The notes beneath the pieces are model-generated. The model was not told the DNA's origin and searched no databases. It saw only the letters and a program-made list of their open reading frames with translations. A DNA stretch of 64,000 nucleotides. Origin: Podarcis vaucheri. Lineage: Eukaryota. This document shows, piece by piece, positions 21,427-34,597 of this stretch. Every line of letters begins with the position of its first letter. Position 1 is the stretch's first letter. Location of the stretch: NCBI GenBank assembly GCA_965113315.1, contig OZ220363.1. One strand, given 5' to 3'. Position numbers and translations under genes: made by a program.

Positions 21427-21705
21427 AACCCCCACAATTTGTGAAGAGGATTGAGAACATTAGCTCACTTAGAGGAGGCACAATAGTATTTCAAGCAACT
21501 ATTAAAGGTTCCATGCCTATAACAGTCTCTTGGCTGAAAGATAATGATGACATTGTTGAAGACGATAACACCAAAATGACCTTTGTGAACAATGTGGCCA
21601 CTCTTATGATCAGGGCCATAGAAGTGAAGCACGATGGGAAATATTTTTGCCAGGCTAAAAATGATGCTGGAATTCAAAGATGTTCTGCTTTACTAACAGT
21701 AAAAG
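21427..21705 (+). CDS. TTN: Titin Ig exon (I38)
   Basis: AG/GT, 279 nt. Confidence 0.93.
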
Positions 21706-21809
21706 GTTTGTAGAGCTTCCTCCCGCCTCCTTAATTTATAGCATCGTGTTTTGCTAACGTCTACACTTCAAGTCACCCAGACTCATATTTGCTCCTGTAT
21801 TTATCACAG

Positions 21810-22088
21810 AGGCAGCCACCATCACTGATAAAGCTGTTTCAATTGATGTCACGGAAGGCGACCCAGCCACACTGCAGTGTAGATTTTCAGGAACAAAAGA
21901 TATTACTGCCAAGTGGTTCAGAGATGGAAAGGAGTTGACATTGGGACACAAATATAAAATCAGTGTTACCGATACAGTCTCTATGCTAAAGATTGTTTCT
22001 ACCGAAAAGAAAGATAGCGGCGAATACACATTTGAGGTTTCAAATGATGTCGGAAGCAGCAGCTGTAAAGCTAGCATTAATGTCTTAG
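21810..22088 (+). CDS. TTN: Titin Ig exon (I39)
   Basis: AG/GT, 279 nt. Confidence 0.93.
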
Positions 22089-22234
22089 GTTCGTATTGTG
22101 TATCCCTCTTCTCTTGGAGGTGGGTCGGTTGGTGGGTGCTGGCCACAACTGCAATTCTTATTTTCTTTTTATGCCAAAGGCCAGCAAAGTGGCAGCCTAA
22201 TCTAATATCTATCTTTTTGGTTTGTCTTGGGTAG

Positions 22235-22522
22235 ATCTGATCATACCGCCTAAATTCACCAAAAAGCTAAAGAAAATGGATAGCATTAAGGGCTCTTTTG
22301 TTCACCTTGAGTGTATAGTGTCTGGTTCACACCCAATAAGTATCCAGTGGTACAAGGATGGCCAAGAGATAACTGCTAGTGAAAAGCACAAGTATTCTTT
22401 CCATGATAACATGGCATTCTTGGAGATCAACCAGCTTGAAGGTGCAGATAGTGGATCTTATACCTGCGAGGCAACAAATAAAGCTGGAAGCAACCAATGC
22501 AGTGCTCATTTAACCGTCAAAG
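22235..22522 (+). CDS. TTN: Titin Ig exon (I40)
   Basis: AG/GT, 288 nt. Confidence 0.93.
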
Positions 22523-22654
22523 GTTTGGACATCTTGCACTTTTTCTCCTAGGCGGCAGGCTTATTTGCCACGTTGCTTTGATTCTGGTTTTTGTTTATCG
22601 TTCCAAAATGAATGACCTCCTTCTTTTCCTGGTCTTTCTTCCCACTCTTTGTAG

Positions 22655-22933
22655 AACCCCCATGCTTTGTTGAAAAGCCACAGTCACAAGATGTGGTACC
22701 AGCTGCCAGAGTCCAACTCAAAGCTCTTGTGAGCGGCACGCCTCCCATACAAATAAAGTGGTTCAAAGATAGCAAAGAACTCCTTTCAGGAGCTTCTCGC
22801 TCGGTTTACAAAGATGACACTTCAAGCGTGCTGGAACTCTTTTCGGCCAAGACGTCTGATTCAGGGAACTATATCTGCCAATTAAGCAATGACGTCGGGA
22901 CAACAACCTGCAAGACAACTCTTTTTGTGAAAG
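22655..22933 (+). CDS. TTN: Titin Ig exon (I41)
   Basis: AG/GT, 279 nt. Confidence 0.93.
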
Positions 22934-22979
22934 GTCTGCACTTTTACATCCTGGGTTATCAGCTGCGATTTGTGCAGCT

Positions 22980-23056
22980 CAATCCTATGCATGTCTACTT
23001 GAGTGTAAGTCCCACTGTGTTAGATGGGGATTACAGTAAGTATGTGCATAGGATTG
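22980..23056. mobile_element. Short palindromic MITE-like repeat
   Basis: Perfect 12-bp TIR caatcctatgca / tgcataggattg; related copies near 13784, 18330, 49285, 54665. Confidence 0.6.
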
Positions 23057-23140
23057 CAATCTACCTTAGTTTTTTAGTTGGTTTCTGTTTTTTAAAGCCA
23101 ATTACTATTTTCTAAATAATTATTTTTAATTTTATTTTAG

Positions 23141-23422
23141 AGCCCCCTAGGTTTCTTCAGAAGCCTAGCCCTGTAGTAGCTTTGAGAAAAGGACAGTCTA
23201 CCACTTTTGAATGCCAGGTAGCAGGTACACCGGAAATCCGTGTCCTTTGGTACCTTGATGGGAACGAAGTGCTGGACCATGCTAAATATGGAGTCTCGTT
23301 TGTAGACAACATGGCGACTTTTAAAGTTTCCAATGCTAAAGTGGAGGATAGCGGGACTTACATCTGCGAGGCCCGCAATGACGCAGGTAGTGAGAGTTGC
23401 AGCATTGAACTGAGAGTGAAAG
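23141..23422 (+). CDS. TTN: Titin Ig exon (I42)
   Basis: AG/GT, 282 nt. Confidence 0.93.
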
Positions 23423-23519
23423 GTTAGTTGCTAAGAATTCCTTTTCCAGTTCCTTCAGCCATGCAGTTGGGTTCCTCCCCTTATTTCTGAGGTTGCTTTG
23501 TTTTCTTCTACTACTTTAG

Positions 23520-23798
23520 AACCTCCCACATTTGTGAGGGAGCTAAAACCTGTGGAAGTAGTAAGAACCTACGATGCTGTGTTAGAATGTGAAGTCACAG
23601 GGACTCCTCCGTTTGAAGTGACCTGGCTGAAGAACAACAACGAGATCCGAAGTAGCAAGAAATACACCATGACTGATCAGCAATCTGTTTTTGCCCTTCA
23701 TATCATGAACTGTGATGTTCAGGATGCTGGCGAATACCAGTGCATTATTTCAAATGAAGGGGGCAGCTGTTCCTGTAGCACAAAAGTCAGTCTGAAAG
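23520..23798 (+). CDS. TTN: Titin Ig exon (I43)
   Basis: AG/GT, 279 nt. Confidence 0.93.
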
Positions 23799-23925
23799 GT
23801 CAGTTCAGTAATCATAGTAGGGAAAAAGCCTAAGAAACATTCCGTTTGTTCTCTCACCTCCTTTAGTAGATTTTAAACCTTACCCAGGTTTCATTCCGGC
23901 TTTTTTATATTTTTAATAAACACAG

Positions 23926-24204
23926 AACCCCCATCCTTCATCAAGAAGTTAGAAAACGTCCACGCTGTTTTGAAGAGCTCTGCTGTATTTCAATGCACTG
24001 TGGCTGGTTCTCAGCCTTTAACAGTGTCTTGGATAAAAGACGAAAGAATAATCGAAAACGATGACAGCTTCCACATTACATTTGAAAACAATGTGGCGAG
24101 ACTGAAGATCAGGCATGTTGACCTCGGTCACAGTGGGAGATACACCTGTCAGGCAAAGAATGAGTCAGGAGTTGAGAAGTGTTTTGCTTTACTTTTAGTA
24201 CAAG
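23926..24204 (+). CDS. TTN: Titin Ig exon (I44)
   Basis: AG/GT, 279 nt. Confidence 0.93.
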
Positions 24205-24309
24205 GTTTGTGAGTTTTGATTCCTATTTTGATTCCTCAGTAAGCACCAGTCTTCTGCCGGTTACTCATCGGAAGACTTCAATATATTTGTGTTTTTATTC
24301 TTACTCCAG

Positions 24310-24588
24310 AACCTGCTCAGATCATAGAAAAAGCTAAATCAATTAAAGTTACGGAGAAAGACCCAGTCACTCTAGAATGCACTGTGGCTGGAACACCGGA
24401 ACTTCAAGTAAAATGGTCCAAAGATGGCAAACAACTCATGCCCAGTAGATATTACACCATGAGCTTTGACAATAATGTGGCTAGGTTCAGGATTGAGTCC
24501 ATTATGAAGGAGGACAGCGGCACATACACCTTTAAGGTTGAAAATGAGTTTGGAAGCAGCACCTGTGAGGCTACTTTGTCTGTACTAG
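24310..24588 (+). CDS. TTN: Titin Ig exon (I45)
   Basis: AG/GT, 279 nt. Confidence 0.93.
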
Positions 24589-24725
24589 GTTTGTATTTTG
24601 TTTGGTCAAAATGGAGCATGTTCTTTTTCAATCAACATTTTAATTGCCTGTGTATTTTTCATGAAGAAGAATGACTAAAGCAAGGAATCTGATGCTACTT
24701 ACCTTCTTCCCTCCTTTCTGGGCAG

Positions 24726-25013
24726 ATCAAGCAATCCCTCCTTCGTTTACCAAAAAATTGCCAAAAATGGATAAAATTCTGGGATCATCTATTCATATGG
24801 AGTGCAAAGTCTCTGGCTCACTCCCAATTACTGCAAAATGGTTTAAAGATGGAAAAGAGATACCCGAGAGTGCAAAATACAGGCATCTGTGCCATGAGAA
24901 CACTGTATCGCTCGAGGTTAATTACCTAGAGTTGACAGATTCTGGAAATTATACTTGCAGCGTAACAAATGTTGCAGGAAGTGACTCATGTAGCGCCATC
25001 TTAACTGTGAAAG
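24726..25013 (+). CDS. TTN: Titin Ig exon (I46)
   Basis: AG/GT, 288 nt. Confidence 0.93.
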
Positions 25014-25253
25014 GTTTGGATTTCTATCTTCTTTGTATACACTGTATTAAAATATAAATCTTCTTCAACTTCACATCATTATCTTAATATCTTTGAATGT
25101 AGATCCCATTTAATGTTATCTATATTGAGCCTTTCTTTTCTTATTAACTTTGACACATGTTTTATTTCTCTTTATTGGTTTGCTGTGGCTTGCCAGGCCA
25201 TATTTCTTGCGCCGGAACCTAATTAGTTTTCTTTTGTTTCTTAAAACCTTTAG

Positions 25254-25532
25254 AGCCACCAAGCTTCTTGGTAAAACCAGAAAGTCAATCAGCTATACCT
25301 GATTCAACAGTGGAATTTAAGGCATCTTTAAAGGGAACACCGCCTTTTAAAATAAAGTGGTTTAAAGAAGATTTAGAACTTGTGTCTGGACCTAACTGTT
25401 TATTTGGGATTGAAGGGTCAACTGGTTTCTTAAATCTTTATTCTGTGGATGTATCAAAAAGTGGAAACTATACTTGCCAAGTTTCCAACGATGTTGGCAG
25501 CGATTCTTGTACAACCACACTGAGCATAACAG
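25254..25532 (+). CDS. TTN: Titin Ig exon (I47)
   Basis: AG/GT, 279 nt. Confidence 0.93.
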
Positions 25533-25737
25533 GTGTGCTAATGTGTTCTGTGTTGCTCTTAATTGTCTTCTGCAGTCTTTTGTGTAAATGTTTCTGGGCT
25601 ACTTTTCTTCCTGCATTGCTAAAACTAGAAGTTAAGCGCCCTTTTAGATTTCTCTCCCCTCTTATTCTATATACCTTTCAACACAGTCCCTCTTTTCTTC
25701 CGATTTACCTTGCTTTCATTTTTCTTCCGTTTCCCAG

Positions 25738-26019
25738 AACCTCCAAAGTTCATTAAGAAGCTAGACCCGTCTAAAGTGATTAAACAGGGCGACTCCACAC
25801 GACTTGAATGTAAAATCAGTGGCTCTCCGGAAATCAAAGTGGTATGGTACAGAAATGACACTGAAGTCCATGCCAGCGAAAAATTCCAGATGTCATTCAC
25901 AGATTCTGTGGCAGTCATTGAAATGAGGCATCTTGGTGCAGACGATAGTGGAGATTACATATGTGAAGCACAGAACCCTGCTGGCAGGGCAAGCTGCAGT
26001 ACTAAACTCCTAGTCAAAG
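25738..26019 (+). CDS. TTN: Titin Ig exon (I48)
   Basis: AG/GT, 282 nt. Confidence 0.93.
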
Positions 26020-26195
26020 GTTAGCAAACATGCCTTGGCGGACTTCCTTCTTTTTGACTAACTATCCCTAAAAAGATTGAGATTAGCTCATTCTGATTCT
26101 TGTATGGCTAAGCTAACTGTTAGATTGCTATAGCTGCCCATTGTGGACAGGGTCCTATTTCTCATCTAATTAACCTCCAGGTTAATTTTAAACAA

Positions 26196-26549
26196 GGGAC
26201 GCGGGTGGCGCTGTGGGTAAAACCACAGAGCCTAGGACTTGCCGATCGCATGGTCGGCGGTTCGAATCCCCGCGGCGGGGTGCACTCCCACTGCTCGGTC
26301 CCAGCACCTGCCAACCTAGCAGTTCAAAAGCACCCCCGGGTGCAAGTAGATAGATAGAGACCGCTTACTAGCGGGAAGGTAAACGGTGTTTCCGTGTGCG
26401 GCTCTGGCTTGCCAGATGCAGCTTGTCATGCTGGCCACGTGATCCGGAAGTGTCTGCGGACAGCGCTGGCCCCTGGCCTCTAGAGTGAGATGAGCGCACA
26501 ACCCTAGAGTCTGGCAAGACTGGCCCACACGGGCAGGGGTACCTTTACC
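26196..26549 (+). mobile_element. Sauria SINE (Squam1), full length
   Basis: tRNA-derived head with A box and B box ggttcgaatcc, acctttacct tail, TSD taattttaaacaa at 26183-26195 and 26550-26562. Confidence 0.92.
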
Positions 26550-27557
26550 TAATTTTAAACAAGTATTCTCTAACCTGTGGCTTTCACTCTTTCCCTCAAG
26601 AATGTTCAAAGGGATGTGGTGTATTTACTATTATTTATTTAGGTTATTTAATTATTATAATATTTGTATGCCACTATTAAACCAAAAAACCAAAGTGGTC
26701 TACAACAACCACATAGTAAAAATGACATTTTTTTAAAAAAAAACAACAACCCAGAGATCATCAATTACCTATTACAGAAAGATGTTTTCTTAATTACCTG
26801 CATAAACTTGGTGGCAATTATAACCCACTCTTCATTAACGTCAATGAGTGGGGTACTTAAATCAAGGCTGCAACCATAAGTCATTCAAATTTGCACCACA
26901 ACACTGAGAGGGTGACAAAATATCCCCTCCAGCCAACTAATCAAATGCTTGAGTAGATGTCAGGGTTGGCGTCCACTGAATCTGCAAGAGGCGGCAGTGA
27001 CCATCACACTTCTCTGCCTGTTACAGAAAGGATAAGTAATTAGTCAGTAGGACTACATTCCATGTGAAAGGAGGAGAAAATGGGCGTTAAATGCATTCCT
27101 GCACTCACCCTTTTGGCTCAGCATTCTAGGATGGTCATTGCTTTTATTACTAAAATGGCAAATTACCCTATTCTGGGTGGGCAACAGTTGTGGCCTCTTG
27201 CGGGCTGGCTGCCAGCCATTCCCAAGTGCTGGGACTCGCGTGCACATTGAAGATCATCCAGCCCACCGCATTGCAGGGTGGGATGGCCCACCAAATACAC
27301 TAAACTGCCCAATCATGGGCATCTTAGTGGGTGGAGCTTTGCTGGAGGACTGGGGCATGCATGCTTCCATTCCAGTCAGTTGGCTACCCTTAAAAACCAG
27401 CTGTGAAAAGAAAAGGTGCTTCTTCTGCTACATGCATGCCTTGGCACTGGAACAGATACATATATGGCAATTCTCACATTATATTCATATTAAACTAGCA
27501 ACATATATATTGAGGTAACTTTCTTTAAATGATGCCTGATTCTTTCTCTCATCCTAG

Positions 27558-27836
27558 AACCACCCATCTTTAGCAGGAAGCCGTCTCCAGTAGATACACT
27601 CAAGGGTACTGAGGTTAGCCTTGAATGTGAGATTTCTGGGACGCCACCTTTTGATATTACGTGGTATAAGGATAAGAGGCAAATCCGTAGCAGTAAAAAG
27701 TACAAAGTCGCATCCAAAAACTACCATGCAAGTGTTCACATTCTGAATATCGAAGTATCTGACATTGGTGAATACCAGTGCAAAGCTCAGAACGATGTCG
27801 GAAGCGACACTTGCGTTTGTATGGTAAAACTTAAAG
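27558..27836 (+). CDS. TTN: Titin Ig exon (I49)
   Basis: AG/GT, 279 nt, EPPIFSRKPSPVDTLKG; missing from the + ORF track. Confidence 0.93.
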
Positions 27837-27940
27837 GTAGGTATTATTTGAGGAAATACGGTGTGCAATCATCGTTGTCTTTATAGAAATGCACAATTCT
27901 TGTTGGAACTCTTGATGCCCATTGGCTCTTTCCTCTTCAG

Positions 27941-28222
27941 AACCACCAAAATTCGTGACCAAAATTAACAACCTCACTGTTGTGGTGGGTGAACCAGTAG
28001 AGTTGCAGGCCACCTTGGAAGGCTCTCAGCCGATTTCGGTGACGTGGCTCAAGGACAAAGAAGAGGTCATCAGAGAAAGTGCTAACAGGACAATAACATA
28101 CGTGGAAAATGTTGCCACTTTGCAGCTTGCCAAAGCAGAACCAGCAAGCGCTGGGAAGTATATCTGTCAAATCAGTAATGATGCTGGAACCCGAGAGTGC
28201 ATAGCTACTTTAACCGTTCTAG
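27941..28222 (+). CDS. TTN: Titin Ig exon (I50)
   Basis: AG/GT, 282 nt. Confidence 0.93.
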
Positions 28223-28667
28223 GTTGGTAATGACACAAACTTGGCTTTTTATTTTCTTTAAAAAAGAGAGAGTTACTTTTAAAAGTTGGGAAGGCTAAAT
28301 AACTTTCAGAGCCTTGAGGATGAGAGAGGGAGGGGCATGCCATCAGTGTACATGGTGCATTACAGAGTATTGGAGAATGGGTTCTGAAGCAAATAGTTCA
28401 GGTAACTATTTGGGGGTTTCATGCTGGTCTGCTCCTATTGGTTGGGCAGTCAGCTCCTCTTCTCTGGGAGACAGATAAGTGGCACGGTGGTGTTTACTGT
28501 GTTTCTCAATTCTAGAAAAGAAGAGCCATTAATAGCATTGTAGTGGCTCCTTTCCAAAGCAGAAAACTGTGGCTTTAGAGAAGTGATTTCTTTAATTGCA
28601 TTATTAAGCCATGTGGCTAAGGAGACAATGATATTCACAGGCAGATATTGCTTGAATCTTTTTCCAG

Positions 28668-28946
28668 AGCCAGCTGTCATTACTGAAAAGGCAGAACCAA
28701 TGAAAGTCACCGTCGGAGACATTTGTACCCTAGAGTGCAAAGTGGGTGGAACACCAGAACTTTCAATAGGCTGGTTTAAGGATGGAAAAGAATTAACAAC
28801 TAGCAACAAATACAAAATTACCTTCTACAACAAAGTGTCCACACTTAAAATTATTGATTCAGAAATGGAAGACAGTGGCTTATACACTTTTGAGGTGCAG
28901 AACAATGTTGGCAAAAGCAGCTGCACAGCTTCCGTTGATGTTCTGG
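28668..28946 (+). CDS. TTN: Titin Ig exon (I51)
   Basis: AG/GT, 279 nt. Confidence 0.93.
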
Positions 28947-29041
28947 GTCAGTTCTGTTGCTTCTCTTCATTGTATTCCCACCAGGAAATGGTTCTCCTTT
29001 GTGAGGTCCTCATTTTCTTTTGTTTACCTCCTCTTACACAG

Positions 29042-29329
29042 ATCGGATTATCCCACCTTCTTTCACAAGAAAACTTAAAGAAACTCATGGTGTACTGGCT
29101 TCTTCAGTGATTCTTGAGTGCAAAGTGGCTGGATCCCTTCCCATTACAGTTGCTTGGTTCCATAATGGACATAAAATCACTAGTGGGGAAAAACATCAAA
29201 TCTCATTTTCAGACAATGTCTGCAGTTTGCAGATTGGTTCACTGAACTCATCTGATACAGGAACTTATGCATGTAAAGCTGCTAATGTGGCAGGCTCTGA
29301 TGAAACCAAGGCTGCTTTGATTGTACAAG
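29042..29329 (+). CDS. TTN: Titin Ig exon (I52)
   Basis: AG/GT, 288 nt. Confidence 0.93.
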
Positions 29330-29489
29330 GTCAGTATTCAATAAGTGGCTAACACTTTGCAGAAATCTTCCATAATCTTTATTCTTGCAAAGTTGCATTC
29401 TCTTGGTGCTGTGATTTGAGGAAAGTTTTATTTTAACTTTGATTCCTTCATTATCGACTGATCTGTTGTCACTTTCGATGCTTCTTTAG

Positions 29490-29768
29490 AACCACCCTCT
29501 TTTGAGAAGGTACCTGAATCTGTGGATATTTTACCAGGCAAAAGTGTTACATTTTCTGCTGTTATTAGAGGAACACCACCATTTAAGGTGAGGTGGTTTA
29601 GAGGCGTCAATGAACTCGTACCAAGTGATAAATGTAACATCTACTTGGAAGATTCGGTCACAGACCTGGAGCTGTTTGATGTAGAGCCACAACAGAGTGG
29701 AGAGTATACTTGTGTTGTGACTAATGAGGCTGGCAAAGTGTCTTGTACGGCACATCTTTCTGTAAAAG
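29490..29768 (+). CDS. TTN: Titin Ig exon (I53)
   Basis: AG/GT, 279 nt. Confidence 0.93.
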
Positions 29769-29856
29769 GTTGGTACAGATTGCACTTTTTCGCTTTGGAA
29801 TGTTTAGGTGTTTGTGCAGCGTTGATGCCAATACTTGACTTCTTATTGCTCACTAG

Positions 29857-30135
29857 AACCAGCCGTTTTTGTGAAGAAGCTCAGCGACCATTGTGTGGAG
29901 CCAGGCAAATCCATAATTCTAGAGAGCAGGTACACTGGTAGCCTTCCGATTTCAGTCACATGGAAGAAGAACGGCGTAACTTTAGGCCAGTCTGAAAAGT
30001 GCAGCATCACCACCACAGAGAAGTCATGCATTCTGGAAATTCTCAACAGTACAAAGGATGATCAAGGAGAATACACATGTATGGTTGAGAATGAGGCTGG
30101 AGAAGATATCTGTGAAGCACTGGTATCCACTTTAG
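29857..30135 (+). CDS. TTN: Titin Ig exon (I54)
   Basis: AG/GT, 279 nt. Confidence 0.93.
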
Positions 30136-30245
30136 GTCTGTCTTTAGCGCCTTCTTAATAATATTTTTTTATTTGAAAACCTCATTGTTTCTTCATTGTA
30201 GCGTTCAGGTGCCATTATCCTAATGCTGACTCTTTGTGTCCTCAG

Positions 30246-30524
30246 AACCTCCTTCTTTCGTCACTCACTTGGGACCTCTTGAGGTGTCAGTTGGAGACTA
30301 TACCACTTTGCAATGCCAAGTTGCTGGGACCCCAGAAATTACAATATCTTGGTTCAAAGGAGATACAAAATTAAGATCTACTCCTGAGTATAAGATGTAC
30401 TTCAAAGATAATGTTGCTACACTTATTTTTAACAAAGTGGATGCCAGTGACAGTGGGGAATATATTTGCAAAGCAGAAAACAGTGTCGGAACGGCCTCTT
30501 CAAAAGCTGTCTTAGCAGTTCAAG
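30246..30524 (+). CDS. TTN: Titin Ig exon (I55)
   Basis: AG/GT, 279 nt. Confidence 0.93.
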
Positions 30525-30650
30525 GTGATTATTTTATTTGGGATTGGTTAAAAACTCATACTGGCAGATCTTTCACTCTTTAAAAAACGTTTTCACCTGT
30601 CCAGATGCCTGCATAAGCCGTATGTTTATTGCATGCTTCTTTTCTTGCAG

Positions 30651-30938
30651 AGCGAAAACGCCCACCTTCTTTTGCAAGGAAATTAAAGGATACAGAGCAA
30701 ACTGTTGGCTTCCCCATCAAATTAGTTTGCCGTCTAAATGGGTCAGAGCCTATTAGTGTTACATGGTATAAGGATGGTGTGCCTTTAAGAGATGACTTTA
30801 ATGTACAGGCCTCTTACATAGATAACGTGGCAACTCTTCAGCTGTTGCAAACTGAGATGAGTCACACTGGGCAATATTCTTGCACAGCGACCAATCCTGT
30901 AGGAACTGCTACATCTAGTGCTAGGCTCACAGTCTCAG
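30651..30938 (+). CDS. TTN: Titin Ig exon (I56)
   Basis: AG/GT, 288 nt. Confidence 0.93.
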
Positions 30939-31074
30939 GTTAGTTTCATACCGACTCTCTTGTTTTCATCTGTTACGTTCAACCACTCTTCCTAACCTCT
31001 AAAAAGATTTTACAGTATTTAGCTTTACCGCGTCCAAAAGAAATCCAATCGTTCCTCTTCATTTTATTCCCCAG

Positions 31075-31362
31075 AACGCAAGCAAGCTCCCTCCTTTGAT
31101 ATCACACCCGAGTCCAAAGATCTTCCTGTTGGAGAAAGTGCTGACTTTGAGTGTCATGTTACTGGAGCCCAACCTATACATGTAACATGGGCTAAAGATG
31201 GCCGCGAGATCCGTACAGGAGGAAACTATGCCATTACCTTTGTAGCAAATACAGCCCATTTGAGAATTCTGAGAGTAGGCAAAGGAGACAGCGGACAGTA
31301 TACTTGCCAAGCTAGCAATGATGTTGGGAAAGACTTTTGCTCGGCTCAGCTTAATGTGAAAG
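31075..31362 (+). CDS. TTN: Titin Ig exon (I57)
   Basis: AG/GT, 288 nt, ERKQAPSFDITPE; missing from the + ORF track. Confidence 0.93.
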
Positions 31363-32462
31363 GTATTTGAATTTAAGTTGGCTGATCTTTTATGCAGAAA
31401 AGGGACTTTCTTGGGATTTCTTTTCCACAGAATTCTTTGTTTCTAACTGTTAGAAGTTAAAAAGAAAAAGGCAGACCTCTTTCAAATTAACAAAAATTCA
31501 TAGGAAGCTATCTGTGAGTATTTAAGTTCTGAACTATTTTCTTCTCCTTACTGTGTCTTGAATCCCCAGTAGAGCAAAAGAATAATGTTTTGTGCTCATA
31601 GAAATGTGATGGATTCTTATGACAAATTACATGCGCCGGTTGGGATTTACAGATGCCCATGTTAAATGTAGCTTTTATAGCATTCTTTGATTTTTGCTGT
31701 TGTAAAAGTCGAGGTGGATTTGATTCATTTACAGTTTGTGTATAATTTACATTCTAAAAAAAATAGTTGCTTGGGAAAATATACATAGATAGCTTGATCC
31801 ATTAGCAGGGATTTACCAGGAATTTTGCACACCTCTCCAGTAGATGTCAACAAGTTGAAAGGGGAGTGGGGAAATAGCAATTGGCCTCTGCACTCGTGCA
31901 CCTGTCAGGGATGTCATCTTAGCATCCCACCCACAGGCTGAAATTTTGAGAGGGCTTTGAGTGCCAGTCAACAAACAGATGAGATGGAAGCAGATGGAAC
32001 GCCTGGGCACAGATAGGCTCCTTCCTCCCCTCCTCCAGATTATTGTACCTGGGAGAGGCTTATCTCATAAGTATTGCTTCTCAAAATATCCATCTGTTTT
32101 GGGGAGCACAGGTGCAGGAGAAGAGTTCTCCTATGTTGAGTCTGGGTGCTAATTTCCCGCCAATCTCCCTTCTTTGTAGTGGACTGGCATTAAGGGAGGC
32201 ATGAGGAAACAAAGGCTGTATTTTGCTGTGTTTGCTGCTCAGTGAATCAGTGCCATGGCTTATTTCAGCAGAAATGTCAGAATTTTTGCAGTTGTTGCTT
32301 TTTTATGGAGGTTTCTCATACACTTACTATTTTTTGTTGTTATCCTCATTAATAATACCATATTATGATTTCCACCACAATTTTTTTTTTTGTTTTTTGG
32401 CGTGTTCTTAATTGTTCTTATTCCTCTCCATATTGAATGCTACTTTCCTTCCGGCTTCTCAG

Positions 32463-32744
32463 AACCTCCTAAATTTGTGAAGAAACTGGAACCATCAAGA
32501 ATGCTGAAACAGGGCGATTCATGTCAACTTGAATGCAAGATCAGTGGTTCCCCAGAAATCAGAGTTGTGTGGTACAAGAATGACCACGAAATCCATGCTA
32601 GCGACAAGCACCGTATGGCATTCAGTGACGGCACAGCAGTGCTGATCATTGTTGATGCTACCCATGAGGACAGTGGAGATTACATTTGTGAAGCTCTTAA
32701 TTCTGCTGGCACCGCAAGCTGCAGTACAACGGTCACAGTGAAAG
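32463..32744 (+). CDS. TTN: Titin Ig exon (I58)
   Basis: AG/GT, 282 nt. Confidence 0.93.
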
Positions 32745-32819
32745 GTTAGAAGCCAATGTCTACTCTGACTTCCTCCACTCTACCCAACCCTTAGGAGCAC
32801 TGGAAGGTGTTTTGTTTTT

Positions 32820-33001
32820 TTCCCATACAAAGTCAGACCATTGGTCCATCTACCTCAGTGTTATCTTCACTGACTGACAGTGGCTCTCCAGGATTTCGGT
32901 CAGGACTCTCTCCCAGCCCTACCTGCAGATGCTGGGGAGTTGAACCTGAGGTCCTCTTCATTCAGAGCAGATGCTCTACCAGTGAGCTGCAGGCATTCCC
33001 C
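32820..33001 (-). mobile_element. tRNA-derived SINE (Squam2-like)
   Basis: Minus strand reads gcagctcactggtagagcatctgc...ggttcaactccccagcatc followed by a CR1-like tagatggaccaatggtctgac tail. Confidence 0.7.
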
Positions 33002-33304
33002 TACTTTACCCTTAAATGGTTGGATGATAATGCTAGAATGCTGGGGACGCATAGTCAAAAGTACTGACAAAGGACTGAGATGTCTGAAATCCAAAGACTC
33101 CTCGACTGTAGTGAAAATGGTGGCAGGGCTGATGAGGAGGTCAGGCACACTATGCAAATAGATATAGTAAAGCAGTCTTGAAAATTTTAAGAGCTGGAGA
33201 AGCAGTCTTAGAGAATCAGTGGCCCCTCTAGCCTTTACCTATCACTGGCCTATGTCAGAAATTACAGAACTGTGAAGTAGCACAGGAAGGAAAAGAGTAA
33301 AATC

Positions 33305-33348
<44 letters not shown>

Positions 33349-33835
33349 GTATCAGTGCTTTTTTCTGGGGAGATGCAGGGGTACACATACCCCTAAACAT
33401 TTTGTAAATCTAAGTTTGGCCTCATTGAGGGGCAGTATTTCAATATGAGTAGGAAAATGAGAGTACCCCTAAGCATTTTTTTTAAGGAAAAAAGGCACTT
33501 GTTATTATCAGTATTCCCTGCCTGTTTCCTTGACTGGACTTAAGGTGGCTTACAGATAAAAATAAGAACCACTACCAACACAGAAAAACAATTATTAAAA
33601 AACAATTAAACATTGACATATCTAAACATCTGTTAAACCCATACCAATAATTACCATAAAAACAACACAGCACCAGCCCTTTCACTAAAAGCAGTCAGTT
33701 CCCAAAATCCTGTTGGAACAAGAAAGTCTTCACCTGCTGGCTGAAAGACAAGAAGCAGGAAGCCAGCCTAGCTTCTCTAGGGAGGGAGTTCCAAAAAAAA
33801 GTCTGGGAGCAGCCACCGAGAAGGCCCTCTATTCC
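33305..33835 (-). mobile_element. L2-like LINE 3' fragment with (TAA)n tail, interrupted by a MITE at 33353-33501
   Basis: (TAT)n 33305-33348; MITE TIR cagtgctttttt / aaaaaaggcact; L2-like ggagggagttcca..gggagcagccaccgagaaggccct. Confidence 0.55.
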
Positions 33836-34597
33836 CTGAAAATTCAGTTTACAGGCAGTGAAAGGTTTAAAGATAACCTATGCCTCAGTTAGGATATACT
33901 CCTTGAGCATCTGATTAATAGCTAGGAAGTTGACAAGAAGAGGCAACAGGTGAACGCATCAAAGAAGTGGGTGATAATGCAAGATATAAGGTTATAGGAG
34001 TAGGAGGACCAGATTTCTCTTGTGTGTGCCAGCTACACAATCTGCCAGGTGATCGTCTGTTACTTCCTAGCAATACTCTATAGTTAGATAAGACATAAGA
34101 TGTGAATTGCAGTTGCAGGAGACAGTGGGGAAAGAGTTAGAGGATTTCTTCTATTTAAAAATAAAATAAAATACAGTACTTATAGGGATAAGGAGGAGGA
34201 ACGTAAGAAAATAAACCTTTGGCCATGGAAGGTTTAGAGCATGTGTTTGAGGGTGTCAGTTTGAGAATAGCAGATGTGGGAGTGGAAAACGTTATGCGGA
34301 GGTACACACCCATGCTTATTAACTGCATTTATTTGGAAAACTCAGTGCCACATGCAACAGGAATTTGTGGGGGGGATGACAAAGTTCCCAACAAAGACTT
34401 TGCAGCTTTAGAAATAGAAATGACCTAAAATTGACCTGCTATGCACTTGGGAGAACTAGAGAAAGAATCTTCTTAGGCACCTAAATGGGGATTTACAAGC
34501 ATACCTTCTGCCTTCTGTTTCTGGATGTCTTGCCCCTGTTAGCAAGAAACCCCTCCCAGGAGTCCCGTTACATGTCCTCGTCTCCTCTCTTTTATAG

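Noticed and set aside
26196-26280. tRNA genes (also 32930-33001, 55059-55135, 58520-58601, 63626-63710)
   Set aside because: The A/B boxes belong to SINE heads that continue into SINE bodies and tails, several with TSDs, and there is no complete cloverleaf
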